In this document: positions 59,808 through 64,000 of the stretch, in pieces | Layout of the letters: each line of letters starts with the position of its first letter | How positions within the stretch are numbered: position 1 is the stretch's first letter | Source of the DNA: an uncultured Gammaproteobacteria bacterium | GTDB lineage: Bacteria; Patescibacteriota; Patescibacteriia; UBA11705; DATKZF01 | NCBI GenBank assembly: GCA_964411255.1 | Contig: CAYPKD010000002.1 | Coordinates: forward strand, 34,100-98,099 | Length of the DNA: 64,000 nucleotides | Reading direction: 5' to 3' | Position numbers and translations under genes: made by a program | Notes under the pieces: generated by a model | What the model saw: only the letters and a program-made list of their open reading frames with translations | Database searches by the model: none | Told to the model about the DNA's origin: nothing

Positions 59808-61385
59808 TACTGATCTTTGAATTACAGTTTCTGCGGAAAAGGGAATTGGGCTATCGATTTAAGGACCCTTTAAGAATTATATGTTAAGGCTTGTTTAGCT
59901 TCGGCTGGACAGGTGACAAAGCGCTACGGTTTGTTTCGTTTCGGCGGGATGATCCAAGGGCGCTGGCCCCACCCTTTTTCGCAGAATTTCTTTACAATAC
60001 AGTTCCTGCGGGCGGGCATTGTTGCCCCACCCTTTGATCGCGAGGAAAAGTGAAGCTCTCATCTGCCAGCATTGTGTTCGGTGGGGAGGGTAAATTGATC
60101 TCGCAACATTGCTGGGGCGTGTTAATAAACTCGTCCCGCAGGATTTCCTTACAATACAGTTCCTGCGGAAAGTTGGCGGGCAGACCCTCACTCACGGAAA
60201 GTTGATTGGCCGGATGATCCTCATTTGGTTATCCTTTGCTGACCGTAAAATGGTGTCTTTCCGGCGTCAGGTGTTCTTTGTTTGCCGTAAAAACGGTTTT
60301 TTTCCGTAGGGATCCTTTGTTGGCAACTCCTTTGGAGTTCCCATAGTGGACTCATATTGTCACAAGGCTTCGGATATTTCTGAATGCATGGACCTGCTAG
60401 GCTGATAGCCGGGGCAGAAGTGCATGCGGTGTAATCATTTAATATGATTACGGGTTTCTGTGACAAATATAGCATTTTCATGTGCTGTGAGTCCACACCT
60501 TTTTGATGGCATCGCCTCCCTCTGGGATCAAGGCGATTACCATAGGGGGCTTCTGGCAGTCCCTAAAGTAAAGCCGTTCAGTCGCCTTTTGCGACTGAAC
60601 AGAGGAGTCGCCTTCGATTGCGACTCCCAGGCTAAGATACCAGAGCAGGGACCTATGCTTTGGAGTAAAATTCAGAAGGTGTGGCAGCCTTCCTGGAGAT
60701 GAGCATTGGTTTTTTTAAGCTCATTCATGCCAAGACCGTTAACGTGCCATCAGCGTGGTCTTTTGAATGGAGGTTCACATTCAAAAGACCAACCTTGTTT
60801 TGTATCAGATTCAGGCACTGCCAGTCAGTGTTTATGAATCTGTATTTGATTCCCAGGCGATCACGCTTTTACAAGCGGTTATGAGCCTGTTTGAACATAG
60901 AGGCGTTTCTTCAATAGAAGCGCCTCTTACTTTTGAAAATATTGACAAAATAGTCAGTAATTGTTATTTTAAATACGCTGCTGCTTGCAGCGTTCTCATG
61001 ATGCTGGCGTGATGTTCTGTCGCTCATCACGCTGAAAAGGGGGCTTGGCACCCCTTGGCTGGTTTTTTGGGTGGATTTCGGCCAGGGTCTTCTCCAGGCC
61101 CGTAAGCCAAGATACCAGAGCAGGAGCCTATGCTCTGGATTGAAATTCAGAGAGATTGGCAATCTTTCTGAAGGCCCTGCAGTTTCGGCTGCTTGTGCTC
61201 TATGCCAAGAAAAGCCCATGGTGGATCATGTTTGGGCGTTTGCAGGTGGGATTAAACATGATTGCTCCGAAATATGCCTCTATGGTGCAGGCTCGCATTC
61301 AAGAGGCAACTAAAATTACGCGCCATGCGCGTTCACATTTTATAAAGCGTTTTCCTCAGTGGAAAACGTTTTTTCTTTCTAAATT
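59808..61385 (+). ncRNA. Candidate large structured non-coding RNA (~1.6 kb)
   Basis: No ORF above ~100 aa; GC-richer than its flanks; dense hairpins; three stem-closed modules with a repeated linker; duplicated domain at 60631 and 61106; G-U wobbles favour the + strand. Confidence 0.65.
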
Positions 61386-61390
61386 TTATT

Positions 61391-61506
61391 GCAGCAGGGC
61401 GTGAACGCGTGTATAATGCACGCGTTTGTAGGGACAGGTCGCGACCTGTCCCTACGCCCGGAAACGGCGAATTCTAATTCTCCGTTTCCGGGCCTCGCCC
61501 TGCTGT
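61391..61506. repeat. REP-containing cloverleaf
   Basis: gcagcagggcg...cgccctgctgt encloses three hairpins, including gtagggacaggtcgcgacctgtccctac. Confidence 0.8.
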
Positions 61507-61551
61507 ATTCCTTTTTGCATTTCAATAATTTTATGATAAGCTATTTACACT

Positions 61552-63414
61552 ATGGCAAAGATAAAAATACTTCCACAAGACATTATTAACCAAATAGCTG
61601 CCGGAGAGGTGATAGAACGACCTGCTTCAGTTGTTAAGGAATTGGTTGAAAACAGCCTGGATGCTGGAGCTGATAATATTGAAATTGAAATAAAAAACGG
61701 TGGCATTAATTTGATAAGGGTTTCAGACAATGGCCATGGAATGGGTGAACAAGATGCAAAATTAAGTATTGCTCAGCATGCTACAAGCAAAATTGACCGA
61801 ATAAATGATTTATTCAGTATCAATAGCTTTGGTTTTCGAGGAGAGGCTTTGGCCAGTATTGCTTCAGTAAGTAAATTTACTTTGCAGACGAAAGACCAGG
61901 ATTCTCTGTCAGGAGCGGAAATTTCTAACGCATCTGGCCAGTTTGCAGAAAATCAAACTGCCTGCCCTCAGGGTACAATTGTGAAAATTGAGGATTTGTT
62001 TTATAATGTTCCAGCCAGAAAAAAGTATTTAAAAACGGCTAATACTGAATATAACCATATTTTAGAATTGTTTATTCGGTTTGCCTTAATTCATGGCAAG
62101 ATAAACTGGAAACTAACTCATAATAATAAAGTCATTTTTCATCTGCCTAAGACTGATAAATGGCTGGATAGAATTGAGTTGCTGCTAGGCGAAAGAGTGG
62201 CGTCAAATTTGCTTGGACTAAGAGTAAATTTAGTAGATGTGGAGTTTATTGGATATATTGGAAAGCCTCAGATTGCATCAAAATCCAGGCAGCATCAATA
62301 TTTATATGTAAATAAGCGGCCAGTGAACGAATATGTTATTTCTAAAAGCGTAAAAGACGCTTTTCAAACATTGATTCCAAAAGATCATTACCCAGCCTTT
62401 ATTATGAATTTGAATATTGATCCATATAAAATTGATGTTAATGCTCATCCCAGAAAACTTGAAGTAAGATTTTCAGAACCGCAAATTATTTATCGCAGCA
62501 CTTATCGGGCAATTAGCGCAACCTTGGATAAAAATAATTTGGTAAAGACCATTCAGACGCCAATTGATTCAGAGCAGGCTGAAACAGTGCAGGAAAAAAC
62601 CGGCTTCTCTGACATAAAAAGCGCAATCCAAACAAAACAAAAGGATTTTAAAAAAACACCACAAGCCGGACAAATAAAAAAAGCAGTTGATTTTAACCAT
62701 TCAATGTATGCCTTGCCCAAAAATGCAAAGAAAATTACTGAAGGCCAAAAAGTTGATGTTCAAATTGATGCTGAGACAGAAGTTAAACTGAGGCCAGTAG
62801 AATTTGCTCAGGAAAAAATTGAATTGGTAAAAGAGCAAATAGATTGGAAAATTATTGGACAAATTAAAAATTCTTATATTATAGTAGAAACAGGGGAGGG
62901 TATAAAAATAATCGATCAGCATGCTGCTTCTGAGAGAATTCAATTTGAAAAAATAAAAAAACAGTTTGAAACTGAAAAAATAAATTCACAAAAATTGCTT
63001 TTACCTCAAACTATTGATTTATCTGTGGTGGAAATGGGGAAGATACAAAATTTAAAAATCGTTTTAGAAAAATTAGGATTTTCAATTGATGTTTTTGGTG
63101 AAAAAACTATTAAGTTAAATTCCGTGCCGTCAATGCTGAAAGATAAGGATATTCAAAATACATTTTTGGAGATTTTGACTGAATTGGACGCGCAAATTGA
63201 TTCGGATGAATTAACTGAACCAACAAAAAAAGTTTTAAATATAATGTCGTGTCGGTCTGCTATAAAATTTGGCGATGATCTTTCACTGGAAGAGATGAAA
63301 GCCTTAATTAAACAGCTTCGCTCTTTGGAAAATCAATACACCTGCGTTCATGGTCGGCCAGCTGTAATTGACATGAATTATAATGAACTGGAGAAACTCT
63401 TCAGTCGAAAATAA
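61552..63414 (+). CDS. mutL: DNA mismatch repair endonuclease MutL
   Basis: 'IAAGEVIERPASVVKELVENSLDAGA', 'GFRGEALASI', 'DQHAASER', 'SCRSAIK', 'CVHGRP'. Confidence 0.97.
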   Translation: MAKIKILPQDIINQIAAGEVIERPASVVKELVENSLDAGADNIEIEIKNGGINLIRVSDNGHGMGEQDAKLSIAQHATSKIDRINDLFSINSFGFRGEALASIASVSKFTLQTKDQDSLSGAEISNASGQFAENQTACPQGTIVKIEDLFYNVPARKKYLKTANTEYNHILELFIRFALIHGKINWKLTHNNKVIFHLPKTDKWLDRIELLLGERVASNLLGLRVNLVDVEFIGYIGKPQIASKSRQHQYLYVNKRPVNEYVISKSVKDAFQTLIPKDHYPAFIMNLNIDPYKIDVNAHPRKLEVRFSEPQIIYRSTYRAISATLDKNNLVKTIQTPIDSEQAETVQEKTGFSDIKSAIQTKQKDFKKTPQAGQIKKAVDFNHSMYALPKNAKKITEGQKVDVQIDAETEVKLRPVEFAQEKIELVKEQIDWKIIGQIKNSYIIVETGEGIKIIDQHAASERIQFEKIKKQFETEKINSQKLLLPQTIDLSVVEMGKIQNLKIVLEKLGFSIDVFGEKTIKLNSVPSMLKDKDIQNTFLEILTELDAQIDSDELTEPTKKVLNIMSCRSAIKFGDDLSLEEMKALIKQLRSLENQYTCVHGRPAVIDMNYNELEKLFSRK

Positions 63415-63501
63415 CAATGAAATCAGAAATTAGGGATTGAATAGATCATTATGAATTTCTAATTTCTGGTTTCTGATTTTTGCAATAAGAGGGGGCTGCT
63501 G

Positions 63502-64000
63502 ATGAAAACATTAAGTAACACTGGTTTTGCTGTTAGTAGTGAAATAGTTAGGCCTGTTTTGTTTTATACATTAGATAAGTGGACTCGCAGACTAATGATT
63601 TTTGGAAATTTTTTTTCATCAGAAATTCAATATCAGTATGCTATGGGTTTGCTGGAGACAATGATTGAGGATGAGCTAAAGCAGGTTCTTAAAGGCGTTG
63701 TTGTGCCAGGCAGGGTAGAAGCAGTAAAAAGAAAAATTAGAAATGCTGCAACATTTACGGGTCAGAAACAAGAATGGCATGTGTTTGGGAAAATTCGTGA
63801 ATTAAAAAGGCAGATTCTAAAAGCTGTCTGCAAAGATGAAGATCTTTATCATTTTTATTCTCCACGTCACCGAGATATTTTTTGGCAGTCTTTTGCAAAT
63901 GCTAATCAGTTTAGAAGGCTTATTGGATTGCTCGTTGTATCCAGGCATATTCAATTCACCCAAGCTGAACGTATTCGTTTCTCAGCAAATCTTAGCAAGA
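63502..64000 (+). CDS. Hypothetical protein, 3'-truncated by the window edge
   Basis: ATG after AGAGGGGG; frame appears open to the end of the window (MKTLSNTGFAVSS...). Confidence 0.5.
   Translation, partial: MKTLSNTGFAVSSEIVRPVLFYTLDKWTRRLMIFGNFFSSEIQYQYAMGLLETMIEDELKQVLKGVVVPGRVEAVKRKIRNAATFTGQKQEWHVFGKIRELKRQILKAVCKDEDLYHFYSPRHRDIFWQSFANANQFRRLIGLLVVSRHIQFTQAERIRFSANLSK

Noticed and set aside
60036-60060. RNase P RNA (gatcgcgaggaaaagtg resembles GAGGAAAGUCC)
   Set aside because: The GAGGAAAGUCC core is not matched and I found no 3' ACAGAA..CGGCUUA partner for P4.
59991-60168. CRISPR array from the repeat ttacaatacagttcctgcgg
   Set aside because: Only 2-3 copies, ~140-nt structured interiors and no cas genes; treated as RNA modules instead.
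59808-61385. DGR template repeat for the 48981-49097 VR
   Set aside because: No match to gcggttcgtgcctcggtcagg and no AAC-rich counterpart was seen here or elsewhere in the window.
59895-61404. Short ORFs (60-100 aa) on both strands of the mutS-mutL gap
   Set aside because: Overlapping, atypical composition and no recognisable motifs; better explained by structured RNA.
607-62943. Numerous antisense and shadow ORFs in the six-frame track
   Set aside because: They overlap well-supported genes on the opposite strand or in another frame and lack motifs.
1-64000. Alternative genetic code (TGA=Gly)
   Set aside because: Core genes are uninterrupted under code 11, and lepA ends at TGA at its expected C-terminus.

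Overview
AT-rich bacterial chromosome segment. Its content (short AlaRS lacking C-Ala, PilM/pilin, CPR-type surface proteins, leaderless-looking core genes) fits Patescibacteria/CPR; this is inference. Core genes are ackA, murJ, mtnP, lepA, recJ, rnhA, pilM, a D,D-peptidase, mnmA, alaS, mutS and mutL. Four things stand out. (1) A ~1.6 kb GC-richer region between mutS and mutL has no credible CDS, a perfect sigma70 promoter, three tandem stem-closed RNA modules joined by a repeated linker, and a second duplicated structural domain; it is a candidate large structured ncRNA, bracketed by REP cloverleaves. (2) Six modular proteins share a ~65-aa N-terminal helical module with unrelated C-termini. 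Four lie just downstream of a MoxR/midasin-type AAA + vWA operon, and one ends in a DGR-type variable region with no template or RT in the window. (3) Arrays of self-contained orphan-gene cassettes share a conserved ~63-bp promoter+Shine-Dalgarno head and related terminator tails, whereas core genes lack SD motifs. (4) Several small genes (four-helix-bundle, GxxExxY, GIY-YIG, RAYT) carry their own flanking repeat families, and palindromes are inserted in frame in lepA and mnmA. All calls are by eye; no database searches were run.
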